A DNA stretch of 64,000 nucleotides from a virus (taxonomy: Duplodnaviria; Caudoviricetes), in IMG/VR virus record IMGVR_UViG_3300029288_000114, positions 1 through 64,000 of that record; one strand, written 5' to 3'. Below the pieces are notes generated by a model. That model had not been told where the DNA came from and ran no database searches. It saw nothing but the letters and a program-made list of their open reading frames with translations. Each line of letters opens with the position of its first letter. Position 1 is the stretch's first letter. The position numbers and the translations under genes are program-made. Below, in pieces: positions 19,516 to 28,208 of this stretch.

Positions 19516-19923
19516 TTAGTCTTTGTACCAGAACATAAACAGTTCGGCCTGTCCGTTCGTGGCGTCTGCGGTTTGCCCAACATACTTGGCAACTACCGTA
19601 ATGTCGCTAGTTCCAACGTCGCCCAAGTTGCTCCAGCCAGTCACGGTCTGCCCGGCTGCAGTTACAGACAAATCGTTGACGAAGTGGTTGGTGGTTCCAG
19701 ATTTACCAATATCGACAACGTTTGTTCCGCTGTCGTCGAAGGCGGTTTGCACGTTTAGCGTAATCCCGCAAATGTTAGCGTTTGCCGGAATGACAAACAG
19801 CGTCTTGTCCGTGGTGTCTGTATAAGCGAAGGTGTTGCGGCTTACATTAACTCCATAAGAGTATTGCTCGCCAGGACTCACCGTTCCCTTGATGTATGTT
19901 CTGCCACTTAATACATTTGGCAT
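19516..19923 (-). CDS. Putative capsid decoration / spike-like protein
   Basis: Beta-rich IPANANI..I...VQTAFDDSGT..VDIG pattern, downstream of the capsid gene. Confidence 0.55.
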   Translation of the reverse strand: MPNVLSGRTYIKGTVSPGEQYSYGVNVSRNTFAYTDTTDKTLFVIPANANICGITLNVQTAFDDSGTNVVDIGKSGTTNHFVNDLSVTAAGQTVTGWSNLGDVGTSDITVVAKYVGQTADATNGQAELFMFWYKD

Positions 19924-19926
19924 TGT

Positions 19927-20202
19927 CTATTCTCCTTTATGCGCGTGATCTCCGTGTACGGTTCGCAAGTCATCATTAGCGAATATTGCTCCGCACTCTG
20001 CGCATTTCGGACATTTGTTAGGGTCTCCATTGAACGGCTCCGTGTATCTTCCCAGACGCGGTTTGCCCTCAACATCTAACCCCCACAATTTGTCGTCGTT
20101 ACGCATCCCTTTTAGCTGAAATACTTCACCGATGTCTCTTTGTCTGCCAGCATAGCCGAACTGCTTTCTGGCGACCACCCATTTACCCGTATGAGCACCC
20201 AT
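19927..20202 (-). CDS. Small C2H2 zinc-finger protein
   Basis: CAECGAIF...H...H. Start reassigned to the ATG after an AAGGAG RBS. Confidence 0.55.
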   Translation of the reverse strand: MGAHTGKWVVARKQFGYAGRQRDIGEVFQLKGMRNDDKLWGLDVEGKPRLGRYTEPFNGDPNKCPKCAECGAIFANDDLRTVHGDHAHKGE

Positions 20203-20294
20203 ACTCGTTACTCCTTGTGCATCGCTTGGTTTAAGGCTTGTATTAGTCGTTTCTTGCGTTACTATGATTAGAATACACCGAAGGAGATTAATCA

Positions 20295-21158
20295 ATGAAT
20301 CGCAAAAAGTACGATAGAGATTTGGCTTTGAAACTATATCAAGAACTCGGAACCTATTCTGCCGTTGCTAAAGAGCTTGGTTGTAGTATCGGGACTGCCG
20401 GACAGATTGTTCGCCGCGCTCAGGGTCTTTGCACAAAATGCGACAATCTTCCAGTCGAAGGTCATACTATGTGCGAGAAGCACCTTGAACAAAATAACGC
20501 AAACTCTCGCGCCCTCAGAATTAAGCGAAATGGACTTGGTATTTGCCAGCGTTGCGGTAAAGAAGTTGATAGAGATGGTTCCGTTTGTTCGTCTTGCGCC
20601 AAAATCATTTCCTCATCATCTTTGTCTCGCGGCAAAGAAAAGGTAAAGCAAGGTCTTTGCTATCGCTGCGGGCAACCTATTGGCATTCGATCAACCTGGT
20701 ATTGCGACGATTGCCTTGCAAAAATAGGCAATGAGTCCCTTGCTCGCCGCTCTCGCTTGAAGTCTGCGGGGATTTGCATAAGCTGCGGCAAAAACCCAGT
20801 CTCCGAAAATAGCTCATCTCTTTGCAAAACTTGTAGGGAAAAGCATATCGTCAGAAACAGACTTAGAACAGGGAACTCAGAATACGCAATCAGATGGCAA
20901 TCTGTAATGACGGAACATGACTTTACCTGCTATCTTTGTGGACAGCCCGCCGATACAATGCACCATATTGATGAGTCGCATTATACCGACGAGCCGAACC
21001 ACGATGTCGAAAATCTTGTCCCGCTCTGCAAAGCGTGTCACGCCGGAATTACTAGTGTTCTTTCACTTGTTCGTCGTTCTGATATTGTTAAAGTTCTGAA
21101 TCTCGTTGCCCAATCTCCGAAGAATGATATACCGGAGATTGAATATGTACTATATTAA
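20295..21158 (+). mobile_element. HNH endonuclease with N-terminal HTH and four Cys-rich repeats (probable homing endonuclease)
   Basis: Repeats GxCxxC-x9/11-Cxx(C/H). C-terminal CYLCG...HHID...NHDVENLVPLCKACH. Antisense to the late operon. Confidence 0.85.
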
Positions 21159-22123
21159 TCTACTATATCAGAGAAAAATACCCCTGCATCGCTGAGCAAC
21201 TTTTTCTGGTCGTAGTACGAGCGAATTTCAATGTAATCACCCATCAACTTGTCGTCGCGATACTTGCGCACCGCTTCCATCCCGTTACCCATGCCGGTGT
21301 TCCAGAAGAATGTGTAGCCAGCGGCGGGTTCCCAAATCGACGGGGAACTTGGTGTGTAGAGCAACAGCGCATCGTCGTCCCAGTTGGCGGTGTAAGTAAC
21401 GCTACCCTCAGCAGTCCCTTCGGCGCTGGCGGTATACACGCTCTTGCCGACCAACACGCGCTCAACGCCGAATAGAGCCGCAAGCAGTTCCGTAGAGGCG
21501 ATACCGCGCTCAGTGTACTTGATGCGATCCAACACATCAGGGTGATCCAGCAAGCGGTCGGCCACCAAGTCGCCCAGAACAAGCGTGTTCGGCTCGCGAC
21601 CAAGCAGGCGGCGAATCGTGCGCTTGTAGGTGCGCAGATTTTCGATAGGTGCAGAAGTCCCATAATCAGACCACTTGACAACGGTTGAGCCACCAGTCAC
21701 ATCCGTAGTCCAAACAGAGGTCTTCCACAGATTCGACACAAAACTGCGTTCGCGCCGCAGGCGCATCGCGTTGGTAACAAGCATCGTGCCTTCGCGATCA
21801 CTGTTGAACGGATCATCTTCGTTGACGCGCCGATCATCAGAGATGAAGTGCTTGATACCGTAACGGTAGCAGTAGTAGGCGTACGTCGAGGTATCAACCG
21901 TATAGCCAATGTCTGCAGCTTCGCTGGTTTCGCCAAGCGGAGTTGCCGCTTCGTCGCGGAAGAACGCCGACTTGTTGATCGCGGGAATAATGTCGGTCTG
22001 CTTCCCCACCATCACTGCCGGGAAAATCTGATCCGCAATAAACTCATTGTGATAGCCGAGCAACACATCGGTCAACAGTTTGTTGACGTGGACATCTTTC
22101 GCAAGTGGCATTAAGTTAGGCAT
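21155..22123 (-). CDS. Major capsid protein
   Basis: 322 aa with FIADQIFPAV, KWSDYGTSAPI, PNTLVLG, LLDHPDV motifs, following protease and cement genes. Confidence 0.9.
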   Translation of the reverse strand: MPNLMPLAKDVHVNKLLTDVLLGYHNEFIADQIFPAVMVGKQTDIIPAINKSAFFRDEAATPLGETSEAADIGYTVDTSTYAYYCYRYGIKHFISDDRRVNEDDPFNSDREGTMLVTNAMRLRRERSFVSNLWKTSVWTTDVTGGSTVVKWSDYGTSAPIENLRTYKRTIRRLLGREPNTLVLGDLVADRLLDHPDVLDRIKYTERGIASTELLAALFGVERVLVGKSVYTASAEGTAEGSVTYTANWDDDALLLYTPSSPSIWEPAAGYTFFWNTGMGNGMEAVRKYRDDKLMGDYIEIRSYYDQKKLLSDAGVFFSDIVD

Positions 22124-22136
22124 TTTTTATTCTCCT

Positions 22137-22517
22137 TTACGCAGCGCGCCCGCCAGGGATAAGAACGATCTCGCCCACTTCGCCAGTATTGCCGCCGACG
22201 ACACAGCGCCCAGCAACGTAAGCCGTGGTGCTAGTACCAGCAGTGATTTTCACTGCCTTGGCATCAGTGTGCGTGCCAACCAAGTCGCCAGCCGCAACGA
22301 CGCCGCCGAGGTACACTTTGCTATGCCCCACCGTGCGCACCGTAACGCCCTGCCCAGTAGAACCTTCGTCCTGCAGAACACCCATCACAATGTCCGTCGC
22401 GTCACCGCACAAATCGGCAGTGTCGTTACCGTTCATTTTGACGAAGAGCCACTGCGAACTAGACAGGTCATCGTATGCCTTCATGGGAATATCGATACCG
22501 CTAAATTGTTTCGCCAT
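22137..22517 (-). CDS. Capsid cement / decoration protein (DUF2190-like)
   Basis: 126 aa Gly/Val-rich protein (MGVLQD...G.SKV..GG.VAAGD.V) directly before the capsid gene. Confidence 0.75.
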   Translation of the reverse strand: MAKQFSGIDIPMKAYDDLSSSQWLFVKMNGNDTADLCGDATDIVMGVLQDEGSTGQGVTVRTVGHSKVYLGGVVAAGDLVGTHTDAKAVKITAGTSTTAYVAGRCVVGGNTGEVGEIVLIPGGRAA

Positions 22518-22534
22518 TAGTTTTTCTCCTTTAC

Positions 22535-23902
22535 CTATTCGTTCAAAGTCTTGGTCACGGCCCTGTCGTATTCCGCGTACAGCGCGCCGTTCTCTTTCGC
22601 GACCTTTGCGATTGCATCGGCGCGGCTCAACCCATCGCTCATCGCTTCCTTGATCTTCATCTCGAAGCGTTCCTCTGGCGTTTTTGCGCCATTGCCCTCG
22701 TGCCCAGCCTCGCCAAACAAGGCTGCGGCCTTGTCTTGATTAACCAAGGCGCGCAAGATATTCATAAACTTCTCATAGTGCACCTTGCCCTCGGTCTCGT
22801 CGGCGTCGTTCAGCCACATCAACTCGTCGCCAAAGTTCTGCTCCGGCACCGTCTCGAACTGTCTGGCTGTTTCGGCAAATTCAAGACGCCGACGCGCGGT
22901 CATCTCTTCCATTGCGATCCGCTCGGCCTCAGCCTTTGCCGCCTCAAACTCGGCGAGCTTGACTTTCATTTGTTCTTGTTCTTCTTGCAGCCGCGCCTTT
23001 TCTTCTTGGAGCGCGGTGATCTCCGCATCTTTCTCTTGCAGTCGAGTATCGTCTGCCTGAACATTCACCATTTCCTGTTTATCCATAGCTTGCTCCTTTT
23101 CGGTGCCCTCATCACTGAGCTTGTCGGGCGCTTTTTCAAATACATGCTCAATTGCCGCAATCTTGTCTTCCGCCCACTTCTTAAATTGCGGGAACTCAAA
23201 TGCAAAGCGGTGCATCTCCTGCACCTGATCTCCTGCTTCTGATTCTTCGCTGTACTCTTGCCATTCGCCGTCGCCGAAAACTAGCGTGCTGCGCCCAAGA
23301 CGCGGACGCGGGGTCACGGCAATGCCAAGAGCAACATTCTTGTACTCTTTGCCATCGAATACGCCAACATATCCATTGAATTGCACTTCGGGGGAGGCGT
23401 ACTTGTAACCCTTTTTCACCAGTTCTTCAACAGCGCCATCGCGGAACGCCGGTAGCCACTCTACGCCGCGCTCCGAAACACGCAAATCGGCAATGGTTCC
23501 ATAAACCCCAAACTCATCACGGTGCAGCGTGTTAATCGGCAAGTCGTAGTCTGGAACATTCTGCTTGAAGTTGCTCACCATTTCAATACCGTCATTAATG
23601 GTGAAGTCTTTACGGATACCGTGATGAATGACCTTAAACGGCATATACAAACGCCAGCCGCCATCCATTCCCTCGCCAAGTTCGACTAGCAACTCAGGCT
23701 CATCAGTCATCTTGGCAACCCATTCGCCCTTGTCGTTTTTCTCGTAGCCGCGCTTAATTGCACCCCACGCCTTAGCGAATGCTGTTTCCTCGTCATCTCC
23801 GCGTTCAAGCGCACTATTGACAACACGCAGAAATTGTCGCTGCGCGTCTTCCGGCAACACTTTGGCTTGGTCTGGTAATTCGGAAATCTTAGAATATGGC
23901 AT
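22535..23902 (-). CDS. ChaB domain + Mu gpI-like prohead protease + scaffold
   Basis: MPYSKISELP..LPEDAQ..F..V.NSA...A.AWGAIK..Y.K...GEW (ChaB), then LPINTLH and YKYASPE (protease), then an acidic coiled coil. Confidence 0.85.
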   Translation of the reverse strand: MPYSKISELPDQAKVLPEDAQRQFLRVVNSALERGDDEETAFAKAWGAIKRGYEKNDKGEWVAKMTDEPELLVELGEGMDGGWRLYMPFKVIHHGIRKDFTINDGIEMVSNFKQNVPDYDLPINTLHRDEFGVYGTIADLRVSERGVEWLPAFRDGAVEELVKKGYKYASPEVQFNGYVGVFDGKEYKNVALGIAVTPRPRLGRSTLVFGDGEWQEYSEESEAGDQVQEMHRFAFEFPQFKKWAEDKIAAIEHVFEKAPDKLSDEGTEKEQAMDKQEMVNVQADDTRLQEKDAEITALQEEKARLQEEQEQMKVKLAEFEAAKAEAERIAMEEMTARRRLEFAETARQFETVPEQNFGDELMWLNDADETEGKVHYEKFMNILRALVNQDKAAALFGEAGHEGNGAKTPEERFEMKIKEAMSDGLSRADAIAKVAKENGALYAEYDRAVTKTLNE

Positions 23903-23925
23903 GATTATTCCTCATCATTGTGTGT

Positions 23926-23960
23926 ATTTTAACTACATACAAACGCGACTGCAACCTTAA
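23926..23960 (-). promoter_or_regulatory. Putative late promoter TTAAGGTT-N21-TAAAAT (head operon)
   Basis: Shared motif and spacing, just upstream of the protease start. Confidence 0.65.
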
Positions 23961-23962
23961 CG

Positions 23963-24175
23963 TTATAGGTTAGAATCGCGCGCGCTGGTGAAATCGTCTA
24001 GCTGATTTTTTGATTCAAAGACCTGCGCAGACGACATTCGCCACAGTTTGACCGGACGCTTGCCGTGCATTTTAACAATGTAGCTTCCGTATCCGGTTTC
24101 CCTTTCCAGAAATTCTAACAACGGCAAATAGCGTTGCAGTAGACTGTACATCGTGGTCGCATCAATTTGTGTCAT
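23963..24175 (-). CDS. Small hypothetical protein (YezD/DUF2292-like)
   Basis: GYGSYIVKMHG pattern, coupled to the upstream gene. Confidence 0.4.
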   Translation of the reverse strand: MTQIDATTMYSLLQRYLPLLEFLERETGYGSYIVKMHGKRPVKLWRMSSAQVFESKNQLDDFTSARDSNL

Positions 24176-24681
24176 TTCAACCTCGCTAGTATGTCATCCC
24201 AATCTACAACGCGCATTCCTCTAACTGCACGATGCGTATTGAACGGTTGAGAAAATAGGTATCCGTCTGTCTTTCCAGACAAATCGTTTATCGTTTCTGG
24301 AATAGAGTCTATGAAAATGTCTAGCCCCATTTGTTCGACACGTAACGATTTATCTGAAACGTGAATCGCAGATTTTGCTGTAAATCCATTATCCCTAAGC
24401 CACTTGCATGTTACGTTTGCGGCGTATGATGGGCGCGATGTAATAATAAAGACAGAATGAGATTTGAATAATACGTCTAATCCGTTAGCCGCCCCACGCA
24501 TAACCGGCATGTGCAAATATGTGGTGTCGCGTGTATACCAATCGCTCCATACTGCATCTGGTATTGTAGCAAACATTTCTTCCAGGCTGTATGCACTGTC
24601 CAGGTCTGGACAGCCAAACGAATTAACAGCCGCAAGATATATGTCGGCAAGCACGCCGTCTATTTCCAGCCCGATTCTCAC
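24172..24681 (-). CDS. HAD-family 5'(3')-deoxyribonucleotidase-like (NT5C) protein
   Basis: IGLEIDGVLAD, IITSRP, K, IFIDS, PFN motifs. Confidence 0.8.
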   Translation of the reverse strand: MRIGLEIDGVLADIYLAAVNSFGCPDLDSAYSLEEMFATIPDAVWSDWYTRDTTYLHMPVMRGAANGLDVLFKSHSVFIITSRPSYAANVTCKWLRDNGFTAKSAIHVSDKSLRVEQMGLDIFIDSIPETINDLSGKTDGYLFSQPFNTHRAVRGMRVVDWDDILARLK

Positions 24682-26786
24682 GCGACCCGCCCTCTATATT
24701 TGTATTGAATGAAACAACGGTCGTTGTGCTTGCACATTCTGTCGCCAATCTGCGGCTGCAAGTTCTCCGGTTTAGTCCACCCAAGATCACTCAATGCGCT
24801 ACAATCTGGACAAACACGATTATCCTGTACGGATACGTTACGCGCCAGGAGATTGTCGTCCCCGGTAAGAATACCGCTTTTTAGATCAACAGTCAGTGTG
24901 TTGCGCGGGAACAGTGTGTCGAATGTTTTCTTCGCCTTGACTGGCGTGGCTTTGTTGGCGAAGATTTTGTAGATTGCGCTGGCGTATGTGCCGGCCCTTG
25001 CCGCGAACAATCCGGTTGCACCAGAGATTGCCAGCGCAAATAGCTCTGCCGCCATATCGTCTTCTTTAGCCTGGCGTGCCACTTCGAGAATCTTGTCGCG
25101 GATTGCCGGAGTCAATACACTGGTCATATATCCGTATTGCAACATAATCTCGTCCAGGATTGCCATCATCTGCGGAGCGTTCGGCGCATCCCCAACCACG
25201 TCGCGCCACATTTTAATCGCGTCATCCATCAGCGATTCTCGCATTGCATCAACGAGATTGTTCGTATATATGGCAACGAGAGATTCCCACTCTTTTTCGT
25301 TCTTCGCGGTAAGCTCTTTGGACAGGGGCTTTAATGTGCGCAGATAAATACTAGTTAGTTTGCGCGCCGTTGCGTCTGTCATTGCGTCTGCTGATTGTGC
25401 GGTTGGCAAATCGGCGAACTCAGACATCTTTTTTTCTGTCACCGCTTCATCCGTTTCCGCCTCGCCTTCTTCAACTTCTTGAGACGCTGGCATAGATACA
25501 TCTTCTGTAGTGTCTTGCTGTGGCTGTGCGTCTGGAGTAGTCACGCCCTGCTGCGCCGGTAGATTTGGCTTTAACAGCAAACCCGGTTTCTCGATCTGAT
25601 CCAGCCCAATCGTGCGGCGTACTTGATTCTCGGTTTCGAGATCGTATGTTACCGTACCGGCGTTAAACAGCCTGGACACCATTTCTGAGAAGTCTTGCAT
25701 ATCAACTTTGGCAAGTTTATCAAAGAACACAGTCGGAGTGCCACTACCTTCGGGGAATGAGTTTAAGTCAAACAGGCGTTTAACGGCTTGCCGGTTGATA
25801 GTTGCCGCAATGCGCGATAAGAATGTATTGAGCGCGGCCAGGTACATCGCGGATTTGTCCTTAATCATGGCGAACGATCCGCCATCACCGGCTCCAAGCA
25901 TAATGAAGTCCATCAGCATTACGCGCGCAAAGTCTTTTTGGTGCCGCGCAATAACTTCGCCGAGTTCAATCGCTGGCCCGTGTGCTGGCATCTCGTATTT
26001 GAAAGTCCACCCGCTCGGTAACGTCATTCCCATATCTTCGCCGATCTTGACGTTGCGTACAATATTCTTTGCCACCGTAACGGGTGATGTAGCAGATGTA
26101 TCGGTGAAATCAACATTGTCAGGCAGCATCATAACCGGCGTGCCCGACATCCGCTCACACACAATCGCTTCGAGGATTTGCAGGTTCTTTACATAAAACC
26201 AGGACGTGTAACTTCCTTCGTATACGGACACGCCCTCAAAGTTGTTCTTGCCGCTGCCGCTAGTGGTGAAGTGTAGCATTTTCTCGGCGGGGATGAATAC
26301 GGATGTGCCATCCCAGTCTTGCCACATCCCGGCCATATCGCCATCTTTTATTTCCCATCTATCTAGTGTTATGGGGTGGCGCGGCGACCACTTTTTCCAA
26401 TAGATGCGCTTGTCATCGCGCCGCTCATAGACAACTTCTTGTGCAAACCATCCATATACCAGGAAATGCGATATGTCAGACATAACGTCCTCGAACGGTT
26501 TTTGCATTGTTTGCAATGCACGTTCGAGAAATTCGGCTTTCTCTTTGTCTTCCGGCAGATTGCCCGCTGGCCTGACGTGAACCTTCGCGCCTTGCATAAA
26601 GATACTCGTAGTCTGCAGCATCGCTGCGCCCACAGCATCAAGGCGCGACATTTCGTCGAACACTTCAACCTTACGAGCGTTAGTGCGAAGATCGCTAATC
26701 CAGGACTCGGTAATATTGCCGTTGTACTGATTTAGCCCTGAAACACCAAGCTCTTGTGTGATTTTAGTTGGCTGTTTATCTGCCAT
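24678..26786 (-). CDS. Portal protein (Mu gp29/DUF935-like) fused to a MuF-like head morphogenesis domain
   Basis: YGWFAQEVVY, FIPAEK.LHF, GGSFAM motifs. C-terminal DNRVCPDC...IGDRMCKHNDRC. Confidence 0.85.
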   Translation of the reverse strand: MADKQPTKITQELGVSGLNQYNGNITESWISDLRTNARKVEVFDEMSRLDAVGAAMLQTTSIFMQGAKVHVRPAGNLPEDKEKAEFLERALQTMQKPFEDVMSDISHFLVYGWFAQEVVYERRDDKRIYWKKWSPRHPITLDRWEIKDGDMAGMWQDWDGTSVFIPAEKMLHFTTSGSGKNNFEGVSVYEGSYTSWFYVKNLQILEAIVCERMSGTPVMMLPDNVDFTDTSATSPVTVAKNIVRNVKIGEDMGMTLPSGWTFKYEMPAHGPAIELGEVIARHQKDFARVMLMDFIMLGAGDGGSFAMIKDKSAMYLAALNTFLSRIAATINRQAVKRLFDLNSFPEGSGTPTVFFDKLAKVDMQDFSEMVSRLFNAGTVTYDLETENQVRRTIGLDQIEKPGLLLKPNLPAQQGVTTPDAQPQQDTTEDVSMPASQEVEEGEAETDEAVTEKKMSEFADLPTAQSADAMTDATARKLTSIYLRTLKPLSKELTAKNEKEWESLVAIYTNNLVDAMRESLMDDAIKMWRDVVGDAPNAPQMMAILDEIMLQYGYMTSVLTPAIRDKILEVARQAKEDDMAAELFALAISGATGLFAARAGTYASAIYKIFANKATPVKAKKTFDTLFPRNTLTVDLKSGILTGDDNLLARNVSVQDNRVCPDCSALSDLGWTKPENLQPQIGDRMCKHNDRCFIQYKYRGRVA

Positions 26787-26848
26787 GTTCCCGCCTTAAA
26801 TGCGAATGTGGCGCACGAATAGGTGCGCCTAACAATTGCTCCCCCTTG

Positions 26849-27109
26849 CTATTCTGCGTCAAAAACGTCGTGGATGAGCGAAGACCCGCCGCCGATAAAG
26901 ACAGCCGTAAGGATGCGCCCGGCGACGTCCGGCAACATTTCGCCCAGGATATTGACACCAGAAACCCACCCGATCACTCCGCCCGTGGCCAGCGCAACAT
27001 ATACAATCCACCATAAGTCTGCTTCAGGGAACTTTTGCCTAATCGGGGCGACGATGTAATCTACAAGCGCCTTATTGATAACCGCCAAAAACAGTGCTAC
27101 ACTAAGCAT
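26849..27109 (-). CDS. Putative holin
   Basis: 86 aa, 2-3 TM helices, ILTAVFIGGGSSLIHD C-terminal motif. Confidence 0.65.
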   Translation of the reverse strand: MLSVALFLAVINKALVDYIVAPIRQKFPEADLWWIVYVALATGGVIGWVSGVNILGEMLPDVAGRILTAVFIGGGSSLIHDVFDAE

Positions 27110-27142
27110 TTTTCACCTCGCTTTAGTTTGGTATCGCTAACT

Positions 27143-27177
27143 ATTCTACATCTCGAAAGTAATGAGCCGAACCTTAA
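27143..27177 (-). promoter_or_regulatory. Putative late promoter TTAAGGTT-N21-TAGAAT (holin-portal operon)
   Basis: Shared motif and spacing. Confidence 0.65.
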
Positions 27178-27201
27178 ACGTTGCATTCGTCGTCGTTGTG
27201 T

Positions 27202-27243
27202 GTGATATTTATCATTTGCGTAACTACGTAATTGTGATAGAAT
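27202..27243 (+). promoter_or_regulatory. Promoter with CRP/FNR-like box GTGATATTTATCAT 22 bp upstream of an extended -10 (TAGAAT)
   Basis: Same geometry as five minus-strand promoters in the accessory arm. Confidence 0.65.
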
Positions 27244-27267
27244 ACAGACAATTCTTGATAAATTCGT

Positions 27268-27539
27268 GTTAGACGGATTAGGAGGCCGTCACATTATGAG
27301 CGAAGAATATATTTTGAATTTTGGGTATTGCCCAGATTGTGGGACACAGTTTGTTTTTGACCGTGAAAATACAGCGTGGACAGAGGAACAGGATTTAGTT
27401 GTTGTTCCGCTGGTTTGTCCGAATTGTCGCTACTCAGGCGGTGCGCACATCCGTCTAACCCCAGTTGCAGCGGACGCGGAACACGAATAGGCGACGGGCG
27501 AGCGGGAAGCGCCGCGCCGCTGAACATTGGCCGTTAGGC
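27268..27539 (+). mobile_element. Integron gene cassette with attC site (attC 27453-27539)
   Basis: 5' core GTTAGAC, RBS, ORF, then R'' GTCTAAC (exact complement of the core), TTGCAGCGGACGCGG...CCGCGCCGCTGAA stem with extrahelical bases, and R' GTTAGGC. Confidence 0.8.
27296..27490 (+). CDS. Small zinc-ribbon protein (cassette cargo)
   Basis: CPDC...CPNC, AGGAGG RBS, ORF ends inside attC. Confidence 0.7.
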   Translation: MSEEYILNFGYCPDCGTQFVFDRENTAWTEEQDLVVVPLVCPNCRYSGGAHIRLTPVAADAEHE

Positions 27540-27662
27540 GGCAAAGGAGACAATCGGTGAACAGTGATATTGCAAAATTCGTACTTGAACACAGCAACAT
27601 CGAAAGCGACCTAGCCTCTATAGGATTTTGGGCGGGGACATCGTTGAAGTAAAGAGGGAGAC

Positions 27663-27947
27663 ATGGCGAACGATTCAAGTGCTGCAGGAGTGATGTGGTA
27701 CGACGGCGACTCCAAGAAATCGCTTGTTGACAAGCTGCCAGCGGCTATCGCGGCATATAAGCGCCACAGCGGATTAGAGCCTACGCATGTGGAGTTGAAT
27801 ACGAATGACTATGCAGAGGTGCCGGATGGATCGGTGGTTTGTGGTCTGGTTATTCAGCGGGGGGAGTATACTTCGCCAGGATATTGTTATGTATTTGGAG
27901 GTGACCGGAATGGGCGCAAGGTGGGAACGCCGCGAGAAGAAGCGTAA
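27663..27947 (+). CDS. Hypothetical protein
   Basis: GAGGGAG RBS, 94 aa. Confidence 0.65.
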   Translation: MANDSSAAGVMWYDGDSKKSLVDKLPAAIAAYKRHSGLEPTHVELNTNDYAEVPDGSVVCGLVIQRGEYTSPGYCYVFGGDRNGRKVGTPREEA

Positions 27948-28028
27948 CAAGAGACGCAACGGGATGCGCGTTAGCGGAAAAAGCGTATTCGTTATATTAT
28001 CAGAGATCGGGAAAAGGGGAAATAAAAA

Positions 28029-28208
28029 GTGGAAAAAGTAATTAAAGCTATTGTTATACTTGTTTCTGTAGTCGTGATGCATTTTGCATATCGTACGCAC
28101 GATTTAGATTGCGTTACAAAGAACGCCTGGATGTATCGTTTATCTTATGCAGTCATAATTGTTATGGGCATCCTCACAATTGCGGTGGATGTTTTGCGCC
28201 TGTTCTAG
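28029..28208 (+). CDS. 59 aa two-TM membrane protein (below the ORF-track cut-off)
   Basis: GTG after a GGGGA RBS, translates as MEKVIKAIVILVSVVVMHFAY...YAVIIVMGILTIAVDVLRLF. Confidence 0.5.
   Translation: MEKVIKAIVILVSVVVMHFAYRTHDLDCVTKNAWMYRLSYAVIIVMGILTIAVDVLRLF

Noticed and set aside
26827-26833. Second attC starting at GCCTAAC
   Set aside because: No L-box stem or matching GTTRRRY follows.
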